Source of the DNA: Octopus vulgaris
Taxonomy: Eukaryota
Assembly (NCBI GenBank): GCA_951406725.2
Contig: OX597819.1
Span: forward strand, 34,782,001-34,846,000
Reading direction: 5' to 3'
Length of the DNA stretch: 64,000 nucleotides
Both the position numbers and the translations under genes were made by a program. This document shows positions 27,385-39,215 of this stretch, piece by piece. The notes below the pieces were generated by a model, which ran no database searches, was not told the origin of the DNA, and saw only the letters and a program-made list of their open reading frames with translations. How positions within the stretch are numbered: the stretch's first letter is position 1; every line of letters begins with the position of its first letter.

Positions 27385-27477
<93 letters not shown>

Positions 27478-27698
27478 CGTGTGTACTGTTTATGTGAGAG
27501 ATTGGAGAGTGAAAGAGTAAAATATTAAGGTGGAGAGTTCCAATGTAAAGTGCCAAGGTCAGTTACAATGGTTACCGAAATCAATGAAAGGCGATTTATT
27601 TTGAATAAATTGACTGCTCTGACCCTAAAACATTTTGACAACTTAGTAATTCCAGGAATGCTTTTGCGTAGATAGAAGAGAAATTAATTTCTTCTGTC

Positions 27699-27761
<63 letters not shown>

Positions 27762-28446
27762 TTAATCTTTTTTTTTTCTTTTCTTCTACTGACAAGAAAT
27801 TATGTAGTTTGAGAGAGCTATTGTATTCTCTACATGTATAGACGTACATAAATGCTTTGAACTGACTGCAGGCTCTAGCAGTTGGGTGTTCTGGAAGATG
27901 ATGAGCTAAAACAAGAACATATTAAGGACACACACACACACACACACACGCATACATATACACTCATTCACGCTCACATACATCTATATCCAACACGCAC
28001 ATAATAGTTAAAACCCATTTCTGAAATCATGTTAATGGATATACGTTCTACCATATATAAAAGTCTATATGCAGTAAGTTAAACGTCATTCAAACTTGTC
28101 ATTCAAAGGACAAAAATATAATGGTGACGAGACGAAAATAACAAGGGCGAACATGTGTAAAATCATGTCTGAAAATCATAGAGGAAATGAAGTAATAAAC
28201 CAAACCAAACTGACATAATTTTAAAAAGTCATTATCACTGGATCAGAAAGCTGAAATACTGGCTTTCATCTTTACAGACGTTACTGATCTATTGTTGAGT
28301 GAGAAAATTTTTGTTACGTCTGCTGAGAGATTTAAAGGTTGTCGTTTTCTCAATGTTTTTTTTTTTTATTTTCTTTTAACCATTTCTGTCTGCATAATCA
28401 GATTTTATCAATCTATGAAACCTTTTCGTGTATAAGTTTTCTTTTG

Positions 28447-28511
<65 letters not shown>

Positions 28512-28620
28512 TATATATATATATATGTATATATATATATCGCCATGTTGATTCGCATGAAGCGTTGTTCTGCACGCTGGTCTTTGACAACGCTTTCTTT
28601 CTGTGTTTCTTCTCTGTGTA

Positions 28621-28660
28621 TCTTTCTGTTGAAGAGCGTAGGCTCGAAACGTTAAAGACT
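28621..28660 (+). ncRNA. Minimal hammerhead-like motif in a Penelope pseudo-LTR-like repeat
   Basis: TCTTT..TTGAAGA-GCGTAGGCTC-GA-AACGTT-AAAGA. The core has C3>T, stem III is the palindrome AACGTT, and flanks TCTTT/AAAGA pair. Lies in a ~270-bp segment bounded by (TA)n. Confidence 0.5.
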
Positions 28661-28787
28661 TGTTTTATTTATATTTCCTGAGCGCCATACTAATACAATT
28701 GTTTGTTTGTATTCCACCTGCCTTCGTCTTTTGTTTATTTCCGTAAACCTGCCTTCGTCTTTTGTCTATTTTCATAAAGCTTCCCGT

Positions 28788-28818
<31 letters not shown>

Positions 28819-29129
28819 AAGGACATTACTATACATAAATGCCACATGCTAGGAGGGACTCTTAAAGTCAAAAATACCAAAATAAATAAACACATCATAC
28901 CGAATGCAACTCTCGAAGCAAGTCATTTAAAAACAGAATTTAGCTGCAGATCACCGTGATTTCATAATTAGTACAGTAATGTACTTTTTACTCATCAGTG
29001 TAAGCATAATTCAAGATTTATAACGAATGAACAAAATCAACATACCAGACGAACAACCAATGTATCCAGCGTAGAATATAGAAATGATCACCCTTTATAC
29101 ATCTATGTAAATGGCGGCTTTTATGTATA

Positions 29130-30421
29130 TCTTATCTTATTTATTATAAAGCTGAGGTCGTCTGTGTGTGTGTGGCAGGTTTGGTAGATTTCAACTAACA
29201 CTATCTCCTCCGAAACCCTGCGGCGCAAGTTGACCAAAATTGAGAGTATGATAGAAGAAGGCTTGCTCTTCCTTCCATAGAAGAAAATTTTCAAATCGGA
29301 CCATGTTAACACCAAAAATTATTTACACCAAAAAGCAGTGCAGTTCGAAACTTGAGCTTCAACAAGATGCAAGGGAGATAACTAATGTTAATAATTTGTC
29401 TAATCGAAGACTGCTTTTGTACGGGGAGTTCAATTGATGCGGCTGTTATGTCCACAGATGAGCGTTGCTTCAATCGACGGGAGGGAGATTCTGTTCCCTA
29501 ATGTTCGCTGCATGAATGCACTAATTTTCAAGGTCGTCAACTGCTACAGCGTTGAGTACAATTCAGCAATTTCAATCGATTTTTTTGTGAGAAAAACTAA
29601 TTGCATTAGCATAAGACAGAACATTTTGTTTAGTCATTTGAACTTTCCTAAATTTTTTTTTAAATACCAACTTGACTACGGCTGTCTAAAAATTTATCTT
29701 TGGTACTATAGAAGAACTGTTTACCTTCTTTTATGGATTTCGAACTGAGACATTCTTTCTTAATAATTGTTCAATAACTATTAAATGAAACTATTAACGG
29801 AAAATAGTAAAATTAAAAAATTGCGCTGCAAGTTGACGTAGTAGACTTTTCGAAATTTCTTCGCATTTAAGATATAGTTTTTGCCACATCACTTTGCCTA
29901 AATGTGCTTCACACGACAATGCCTAAAAAAAAAAGAGGGCTATAATACAATCGACCTGAAAACAGATGATGAAAAGGAGACTTCATTCACCGTTTTTGGG
30001 TGGTAGAGAGTCTCAAATTGCGGGGAGTTCGATTGATGCGGCTGTTATGTGCACGGATGAGCATTGCTTGAATCGACGGAAGGGAGATTCTGTTCCCATT
30101 GCATCTTCTCATTCAACTGAGAATGATGACGAGACTTCGATTCAAGGCAGCAGTAATGCCTCAGTAATTACATTCCCACAGGCTGCGCTGAATAAGGAAA
30201 ACGTTTGACATCAGAACGAAGGAAAATGCAACGATTAATGCAGATGTACAAGCTGCAGACAAAAATAATCAGCGTAGACTTCGTTTAGACTGAAAGGCTG
30301 CAGCTGCACACGAGCTGCAAGAGCTGCTGAGAACGATGGTCAACGTGAACTACGTCTGAGTAGAAACGCTGCCTAAGCGCTACTAAAAAGCAAACCCGAG
30401 CAACGCCGGGCTATACTGCTA

Positions 30422-30422
<1 letters not shown>
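29130..30422 (+). mobile_element. Non-autonomous Helitron
   Basis: 5' A|TCTTAT...TATAAAGCTG. 3' hairpin CCCGAGC-AAC-GCCGGG, 8 nt, then CTAG|T. The first ~200 bp match 41875-42060. Confidence 0.88.
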
Positions 30423-30474
<52 letters not shown>

Positions 30475-30622
30475 AAAGTTTAAAAAATACACAAACAGGG
30501 ACAAGAACGTGAAACATTTAGAAGACGATAAAAAACACGGACGGGACTCTCGAAGCTCTCAGTCATCAGTCAAGAACCAGATCATCTTCGCAATTTCGGC
30601 TGATTAATACATACATACATAC

Positions 30623-30655
<33 letters not shown>

Positions 30656-32287
30656 TGTATGTATGTATGTATGTATGTATGTATGTACATAACTGGATAA
30701 AAATAATGCAGATTTTTAAGCTTTTGCTGACTATTAGTACCCAGGAATGTAGCTAAGAGGGGCAATGGGGTCGGCACTTTTGGATCTGCTATATAAGCCT
30801 GTATAGGCTTGGGGCCCGGAAGAGGCGCTCGATGGCTGCCCCGAGTGACACACTCTAGTTACGCCACTGTTAGTGTCACACGTTGATATCTCTTTTCTTA
30901 AATCAAGGTTGAGCCTGTGGATCTTTCGCTTCTGTATCGCAGCTTAGCAGAAATCATAGACTCTTTTTAAAATGCTATACTACATTCAATTAACCTGGAA
31001 ACGGGATATCTAGATTTACAAAAATTAATTACAGGAATTGCAATTAAAATATTAAGAATGAATTTAATTCATCGATCCAGAAGATAATGATCTTTTTGAA
31101 TAAACATGAAACAGTAAAGTTACTGAAAATAGCAAAATACAATTAATTTTTATAAGAAGCTGAGCATAATAGTATATTTATCATACATTTGCATACTTGA
31201 GCCATCAAAGATTGTTGTGGGTATGCCCCGGCAACCAGTCATTTCAAACTGAAGCAAAAGTTCTCGGTTTTTGGTATCACATTAAAGGTAAGGGCCTAAA
31301 TTACAACTTCATCCCGAGTGAACACTCTAAGCCCAAACCCAATATAGAGGTACATAGAGAAAAGAGAGCCTAAACGAGGGAGCCAGCTTTAAGCTGACGT
31401 CTATAGAATAAAGAGAACAGATGGGATACTTCCCAGTATTGCCTTTGGTGATAGAAGTGATCAAGGATCTGTGATGCTTCTTAGTTACCCCTGGGCGGTA
31501 CTTCGCCGTATTGGGACGATTTGGGCTTTACAGTATTCTTGTTAATTATTGATGTTTCGATTGTTCACACGTGTTTATGTAAATCTTCACCGCCCTGTGT
31601 CTTTGTATTTATTGTCCTAATTGTTTCTTTGCAGTCTTTGTGGCCGATGGAGAAAGAGTCGTCGTCGTCGCCGTCGCCTTACACGCATCAAGAAAATCGG
31701 AAGAAATGTTAATTATTGGTCAGATAAAAGTTGTTTGGGTAACGTCTAAAGAAATATCATATGTAGCTTTAAGCTAAAAGTACTTCTGTAGTTTTAAGAA
31801 ATCAATGGAATTTGATGAAGCCACACACTACATGAAATATTAGTTTTTATCTCTTATTCTAGGAAAGAAGGAAATGTGATGTTCATCTTCTAAGTGACGT
31901 CTATGTGCATAAGTTAAATGAAATGGCATCGAAATCGTGCCGTCGATTTCTTTATAAAAGATTTGATACAATGACCATTCAAAAGGTTAAAGAGAATCAA
32001 AGAAAAAGTTACGGAACAAAACTCACAGGAAGAAGTGACAGGAAAAAAGGTTACAGAAAAAAAGTCACAGAAATAAGTCACCGAAAGGTTCATCGGCGCT
32101 ACGTGCAGCTGCACGGATGCCTTCGTAACTTGTGTGTTGCTCGACTGTAGCAGAGTTTCTTTTTGGTGTCGGCTGCAGTATTCGTCTTAGTCAACAACAT
32201 CTAAAATGTTGAATGTATATGTAATGCCACGATGCTATGTAAAGTGTTTACAATCTGTACATTTCGTGTGTTGTCAATAAATGATCG

Positions 32288-33235
32288 GGATCTATTCCAT
32301 CTCAATCACAGATTTTTTAATTAATTTTTTTAAAACTAAACAGTTTAAAACTTAGAATACAGGTAGAATTTCTCACGTAGAACACGGTTTACTCTGAACG
32401 TTTTTGACAAAATTTCGTATTTTAGAAGTTATTTCGTGTTAAAGTTGTCGTATTTGGGTAATTTCAACCAATCAACGACGTGTATTCGGTTGAAGAAAGC
32501 TATTGCTGTTTGCGATAATAATCGAAGAGGAACAACTTCCAGGTCATCTCTACTAAATGTCACCACTCTGTTCTATTCCTACGGCGAGCGAAGATGATGT
32601 CAACTTTATCCTTTCTTCCTTTCTAGTCAGCACCATCCATTCCTTACTCTTTCCTGCCCTTCACTATCAACTAGCAACCAGCGAGCCAACTTGTCACTGC
32701 TACTACAATTACCCGATTTTCCGGTGTATAAGCCGCTATTTGTTTTGTTTTACCTTCATGTTTTGATAAAGCTTATTTTTTATCTAATAAATACTTTTAT
32801 ATTGACGAAATGGGTTTGTTGTTGATTATAGTAAGATAAAATCATAGCAATAACAATACATCTCATAGTTGTAAAATAAGGCATTTTAAAACTACATATA
32901 CGTCAACAAAAAAAAAGCTAGCTGCGGACTCGTTGCTCTATGGTGTTGATTCTTCGGACAGAGTGGTGACATTTAGTAGAGATGACCCGGAAGTTGTTCC
33001 TCTTCGATCGCAAACAGCAGTAGCTTTCTTTAACCGAATACACCTCGCTGATTGGTTGAAATTACCCAAATACAACAACTTTAACACGAAATAACTTCTA
33101 AAATACAAAATTTTGTCAAAAACGTTCAGAGTAAACCGTATTCTACGTGAGAAATTCTACCAGTATTCGAAGTTTCAAAGTGTTTAGTTAAAAAAAAATT
33201 AATTAAATAATCTGCGATTGAGATGGAATAGATCC
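32288..33235. mobile_element. MITE with ~280-bp TIRs and 8-bp TSD (Merlin-like)
   Basis: Termini GGATCTATTCCATCTCAATC and GATTGAGATGGAATAGATCC. TSD AATGATCG at 32280-32287 and 33236-33243. Confidence 0.92.
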
Positions 33236-33294
33236 AATGATCGGCTTAAATTTCTTGTTTCATTGTTTTACTTAATTCTTTTGTTCTCTTAGGT

Positions 33295-33790
33295 GTGTCA
33301 GTCATTTGAAAGCGGACATGCTGGAACACCGCCTTAAAGAGTTTTAGTCGAAGAAATCGTCCCCAGGACTTATTCTTTGTAAGACTAGTACTTATTCTAT
33401 CGGTCTCTTTTGCCGAACCGCTACATTACGGGGACGTAAACACACCAACATCGGTTGTCAAGTGATGGTGGGGGGGGGGACGAATACAGACACAAAGACA
33501 CACATATAAATATATACATACAGACGCATACACACATACACATATATATATATAAATATATACATATATATGTGTGTGCGTGCGTCGTGTGTGTGTGTGT
33601 GCATATATATATATATATATATATGCATATATATATACGACACGTTTCTTTTAGTTTCCATCTACCAAATCAACTCACAAGTCTTTCGTTGGCCCAAGGC
33701 TGTAATAGAAGACACTTGCCCAAGGTACTACGTAATGGGACTGAACTCACAACCATGTGGTTTGGAAGCAAGTTTCTTACCACACAGCCA
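33295..33790 (-). mobile_element. SINE family A
   Basis: Reverse-complement match to 804-1207, including head TGGCTGTGTGGTAAG. Confidence 0.85.
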
Positions 33791-34044
33791 CTTTGTTTAA
33801 GAAATTGAATAAAAGGGGGTTTTTTTTCCACATTTGTGTAATGCATCATATATAATTTGTGTGCAAGTCATATATTGCCACTTAATAAGTTATTTAAAAC
33901 AGCTTTGTTTTATTATAGTATTTGAATAAAATATGACCTATTATAGTGACTTTCCAAGCTGGAATTATGACATTTTTTCAGTGACTTTTTTCCGGACACC
34001 GTTAAAGATGTGTGTGTGCACGTGTGTGTGTGTGTGATCTGTGT

Positions 34045-34543
34045 GATCTATGTGGTAACAGTATAGGATAGTAAAGTTTACCAACATAACATGACAGTCC
34101 TGATTAGGACTATTTTACTACTTTTTAACCCCAGGAAAAATAATCCTAATCAGGACTGCCACGTTATGTTGGCAAACAGACTTTACTATCCAGCACTGTT
34201 ACTACATAGATCTTAATCAGAGATTTAAAACTAGTTGCTTTTCTCCTTGCGAGATCAGCGACTGAGAGTCGCTTTGAAAAGTATATACTGTAAGGTCGGC
34301 TAGCTGCTGTCTCTCGCCAGGCGATTGTCCAGCACCGAGGAAGAGAAATAACCCAGAAACCATTGGTCTGCTAGTACTGCCAACGGCTAGAAGGGAGCAG
34401 TGAACCGCCTTGCTAACTGTATGTCTAGGACATAGATCGTATGTCGATAAACCAGATGGAAAAGATGTTTTCCTGGGGTTAAAAAGTAGTAACATAGTCC
34501 AAGTCAGTACTGCCACGTTATGTTGGTAAATAAACTTTACTAT
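34045..34543. repeat. Complex inverted-repeat module (one forward arm, two inverted arms) around a hammerhead-like core
   Basis: Arm 34045-~34139 is mirrored at 34144-34212 and again at ~34468-34543. Confidence 0.8.
34329..34374 (+). ncRNA. Minimal type I hammerhead-like motif
   Basis: AGCA-CCGAGGA-[AGAGAAATAACCCA]-GAA-ACCA-T-TGGT-C-TGCT. Stem I AGCA/TGCT, stem III ACCA/TGGT, GUC triplet. Core U4>C and stem II degraded. Confidence 0.55.
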
Positions 34544-34552
34544 ATATATATA

Positions 34553-35727
34553 CTAGCAGTATCGCCCGGCGTTGCTCGGGTTTGTAAGGGAAATAACTAT
34601 ATAACCATTTTTAGAGAGTTATAGCCAAAAAATAGCAAAAAAATGCATTAAAAATTGAAAAAAAATTAAGGTAAATTTTTTTTTAAATCGTTGACACATC
34701 GTAGATATTTTTAGAGAGTTACTTCCCTTATATAAAAGCGAAAAAAATGCATTAAAATGGAAAAATATGATGGTAATTTTTTTTTAAATCGTAGACTCAT
34801 CGTAGACGCGCGCTAATACCCAGAAGGGCTCGATATGAATCACGACTATAAGATACCCGCTTTTGGTTAAACTGCACCGCAAAATGTGGAAGTAGTTACG
34901 AATCTAAATCGTAGGAGACAGACACACAACTTCACTCTTATATAAAGATGCTTTTTTTTTTCAGTCATAGATTTAGATTTATGAAGGTCTTCAGTAGAAA
35001 ATCCTTCGAATTCTGACTCGCGGCTTGATATAATGAAATTTGTATCCATTTTTTGTCAGAATTACAAATTTTGAAAACACAATAGGAACAAATTTCGGAA
35101 AAAAATCTCCCATAATTCACGGAATTAAAATTACACTTCGATTTTTGTACAAAACTGTATTTGAAGTGTTTACGAAGTATAATACGTGTTTTCACGAATG
35201 TACTAAAGAGATTTACTCTGATATTCTCATTTAAATATGAATAGGTAAATTCGGGCGGTTTGGTAACGAAAGGGTTTATATAAGTGTCGTCTGTTTATAC
35301 ATAAACACTGTTTCATACTTTCAGTTTAGTCTTCCTCAGATCACTCTGTTGCTATTTACTCTCTTCCAAGAACATTTTCACTCACTCTTATCTGTTAGCT
35401 TGCCATACATTTTACTCATGTATCTATCAGCGTGATAGACAGAAACAAATATTACATCTAGTTTCACTTTATTCGTTGCACACTGTGTGTGTGCGTTTGC
35501 GTGTGCTGTAAACCAGACTAAGAAAAGCATTTGACATACACACCAGAATGTGAGTTTTCTGTAAATTTTGCTTAATTGGAGTTTAAATTTTAAAAACTGG
35601 ACCTGGCAAAACCCGATGCATTCTACTCTTAAAAATCTAGGTAAATTGTAATTGAAGAAATCCTATATTGTAGATTTTTATAACTGACAAAGGGAGGCAG
35701 ATAAAATCTGCCTTTTATAATAAGAGA
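34553..35727 (-). mobile_element. Composite non-autonomous Helitron, unit 1
   Basis: 3' CTAG at 34553 with hairpin. Inner 5' end TCTTTATATAAG at 34948; outer 5' end TCTCTTATTATAAAAGGCAGATTTTATCTGCCT at 35727. Confidence 0.85.
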
Positions 35728-35829
35728 CTAGCAGAATTGCCCGGCGTTGCTCGGGGCTGAATTGCTTGAAAGTACTGTTAATGATTGCACTGAATTATGA
35801 TGATTATTCAGGCAAATATTGATATAAGC

Positions 35830-36345
35830 TTACGGTGGGAGATAAGGACTTAACGATCAAACGTGTGCCATTGCATTGTTTTGGGGAACCAAATTTCTGA
35901 TGAGCATTATAGGGGCACCAACTTTAAGTTTGAGAAAGTGTGGTGGTAGTCCGGGGTGCTCAAAGGAATTGAGTACCTCTATTGGATAGTTGATGACGTC
36001 CTCTGGGTCAGGAGTTGTATCGATAGACTGATATACATAGACTTCCCCAGGAATGAGTTTTAGCATTTCATCATTAATATGGTGAACAGTTTTATTCCTC
36101 GGGGCCAGTATAGCTTTTTTGCCAATCCAATCCATATTCTGATAATTAGCTTGTAGATCTGGGAACACTGCATCTCTGAGATCAGAAGGCGTCTTAACAA
36201 TGGTACAAATGGAATCGATGGCAATATTACCATTTTCATCCCCTGGTATTTTGCCTTCGCCAAGTGCAAGGAGGGTGTGAGGAAATGCTGCTGATGTGAT
36301 ATTACGTCGCATATGAGCACGCATATTGGTGTGAAGTTTGAGAGT
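35830..36345 (-). pseudogene. Helitron Pif1 helicase internal fragment
   Basis: NMR....LLALGEGK...VFPDL...W..KAILAPRN..V..IN..L..IPG...Y.SID...YP.E.LNS...GLPPH.LKLKVGAPIML.RNL, then (C)NGTRL after a frameshift. Confidence 0.92.
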
Positions 36346-36572
36346 TACTTCCGTTTATTTTAAAAAATATGCATTAAAATGGAAAAAAATGATGGTAAAT
36401 TATTTGTAAAATCATAGACTCATCGTAGACGCGCGCTAATACCCAGAAGGGCTCGATATGAATCACGACTATAAGATACCCGGTTTTGGTTAAACTGCAT
36501 CGCAAAATGTGGGAGTAGTTAGGAATCTAAATCGGAGTAGACAGACACACAACCTTTCTTTTATATATAAAT

Positions 36573-37052
36573 ATTTTCGTCCTAAAAAACTTTGTATGGA
36601 TTGAATGGTTACCTCTATGGAAATATATACACGCACATTATACATACATGTGTGTATAGATGAATATATAAATACATTTAAATATCTATATACACTTTTG
36701 GGCGATCTTTCTGTTTCTTAGAGATAACTTTAGATCTTATTTTCGTGCTAAAAAACTTTGTATGGAGTGAATGGTTACCTCTATGGAAATATATACACAC
36801 ACGTTATACATACATGTGTGCATAGATGAATATATAAATACATTTATATATCTATATACACTTTTGGGCGATCTCTGTGCTACTTAGAGATAACTTTAGA
36901 TCTTATTTTCGTCCTAAAAAACTTTGTGCGGAGTGAATGGTTACGTGTATGGAAATATATACACACACATTATACATACATCTGTGTATAGATGAATATA
37001 TAAATACATTTAAATATCTATATACACTTTTGGGCGATCTTTCTGCTACTTG
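36573..37052 (+). repeat. ~166-bp tandem repeat, 3 copies plus the start of a fourth
   Basis: TTTTCGT.CTAAAAAACTTTGT..GGA.TGAATGGTTAC... at ~36573, 36739 and 36906; resumes at ~37520 after the MITE. Confidence 0.9.
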
Positions 37053-37060
37053 GATATAGG

Positions 37061-37508
37061 GGCGATGTTTCGCTTGTCGTAGCACACGTTTCCGTCGATT
37101 TCCGTAAAAAATGTAAACACTGAATCGGCCATACATACATACATACATACACACACACATACATACACATACACACACACACACATACATGCATACATAC
37201 ATATACATATAAACCGAGTAAAAAATTTCAGTTATCTCTCTCTTTCACACATTACTCTCTCTGTCTCTTCACACACACTAACAGAAGCACTTCACTTACA
37301 CAACATACTGTCTGTCTCCCACACTCCATCAAACACACACACACACACACATGTACATCAATGCGTCCCATGCACGGTAACTTCAAAAGAACTTCCCTCG
37401 TCATACAATCGCTTTCTCTTAGTCTCTTTCGCTCTCATTACTTATGTAAAAAATAAGTTTTTTACGGAAATCGACGGAAACCTGTGCTATGACAAGCGAA
37501 ACATCGCC
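37061..37508. mobile_element. MITE with ~50-bp TIRs and 8-bp TSD (Merlin-like)
   Basis: TIR GGCGATGTTTCGCTTGTC.TAGCACA.GTTTCCGTCGATTTCCGTAAAAAA. TSD GATATAGG at 37053-37060 and 37509-37516. Confidence 0.93.
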
Positions 37509-37559
37509 GATATAGGTCTTATATTCGTCCTAAAATACTTTCCTGTCACACACTCACGC

Positions 37560-37609
<50 letters not shown>

Positions 37610-38664
37610 CCTCACACACACACACCCGCACACACACATCACACACGCACGTTAGCTTACAATTTTATTTATATATTTGCGTGTCTATGTGTGTAAAGAG
37701 GAAGTGGCAGACTGAAAGAGTCACTCACTACAAAAGGTGAATTACTTTCATTTTATTCCTTGCACACTGTGTGTGTGCGTGTGCGTGTGTGTAAAACACA
37801 TTAAGAAAAGCATTTGACATACACACCAGAATGTGAGTTTTCTGTAAATTTTGCTTAATTGGAGTTTAAATTTTAAAAAGTGGACCTGGCAAAACCCGAT
37901 GCATTCTACTCTTAAAAATGCTAAGTAAATTGTAATTGAAGAAATCCTATATTGTAGATTTCTATAACTGACAAAGGGAGGCAGATAAAATCTGCCTTTT
38001 ATAATAAGAGATATATATATATATATACTAGTAGTATCGCCCGGCGTTGCTCGGGTTTGTAAGGGAAATAACTATATAAGCATTTTTAGAGAGTTATAGC
38101 CAAAAAATAGCAAAAAAGCATTAAAAATGGAAAAAATATGATGGTAAATTTTTTTTTAAATCGTTGACTCATCGTAGACATTTTTAGAGAGTTAATTCCC
38201 TTATATAATAGCGAAAAAATGCATTAAAATGGAAAAAAAAACGATGGTAAATTTTTTTTTTAATCGTAGACTCATGTAGACGCTTTCTTAGCCATTTCTG
38301 TTTTGGTGTCTTCAAGCCATGAAGTCGTTGTTCTAAAAGAACACTGGTCTCCTTGACAACGCATTACGACGTTGATTTCCTTACACTCCCTTCCCCACAG
38401 GTGCAGGTGTGAGCGTGGACGCCAATTCCGCCGCCATCGACACACGAAAAATTATGCATTAAAATGGAATAAAAAATGATGTTAAATTATTTTTTAAATC
38501 GTAGACTCATCGTAGACGCGCGCTAATATTCAGACGGGCTCGATATGAATCACGACTATAAGCTACCCGAATTTGGTTAAACTGTACCGCAAAATGTGGG
38601 AGTAGTTAGGAATCTAAATCGAAGGGGACAGACACTCACACAACTACAGTTTTATATATATAGA

Positions 38665-38836
38665 CTAGCAGTATCGCCCGGCGTTGCTCAGGTTTGTAAG
38701 GGAAATAACTATAAAGCATTTTATGTGTGTGTCAAGTTTCATCAGAATCGGTTGAAAGCCGTGGTCAGAGTGAGGGTACGAGAAAACAGACACACAGAAA
38801 CACGCACAGACAAACTGCCGTTTATATAGAGAGAGA
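38665..38836 (-). mobile_element. 172-bp mini-Helitron
   Basis: TCTCTCTCTATATAAAC...hairpin...CTAG, inserted at A|T. Absent at the paralogous site 40691/40692. Confidence 0.9.
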
Positions 38837-38971
38837 TATACATAGCGCAGTAGTGGTGAGATGTGACAGCAAAGAAAAGCATACATTCACTCTCTGCATG
38901 CAATTAGACTCGGAAAGTTCGTGAGGAACCCATTGACCCAATTTGCTGACTTTTCCGATAGCACACAGGTC

Positions 38972-39215
38972 TCAATGAATGGTTGAATGACCAAATCCAA
39001 GCTTCTCTGCTAGTTCCTCAACAGTTACGATGATATTTTGTTCCACCAGGGTTTTCAGGATGTCCTTGTCGAGTTCTACAGATCTTTCAGGATGAGGCTC
39101 GTCTTCTAGGCTGTAGTTTATGGCTCGGGATTTCTGGAACCACCATTGACACTGCCTTACGCTTATTGTCCAATCCCCATATACTGCATTAATATTTCTT
39201 GTACTTTGCACACAT
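38972..39215 (-). pseudogene. Mariner HTH fragment captured in Helitron unit 3
   Basis: STRNINAVYG...SVRQCQWWFQK...SLEDEPHPERSVELD..L..LVEQN...TVEELAEKLG..HSTI. Confidence 0.85.

Larger units (their letters stand above)
31994..34000. mobile_element. Old TIR element with subterminal GGAAAAAAGTCAC-type repeats (MULE-like), interrupted by nested insertions
   Basis: Tandem ~14-bp units at 32000-32085, with inverted counterparts GTGACTTTTTTCCGG at 33947-34000. Candidate TSD GTTAAAGA at 31986-31993 and 34001-34008. Confidence 0.45.
35728..38011 (-). mobile_element. Composite Helitron, unit 2 (helicase fragment, tandem repeat, MITE)
   Basis: 3' CTAG at 35728 abuts the TC of unit 1. Same outer 5' end at 38011. 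Confidence 0.85.

Noticed and set aside
30540-30610. Minus-strand CTGATGA hammerhead candidate
   Set aside because: GAAA is not present at the required position (it reads GAGA) and the stems could not be drawn.
31212-31730. Possible solo LTR starting TGTTGTGGG
   Set aside because: No matching CA terminus, TSD or PBS could be identified.
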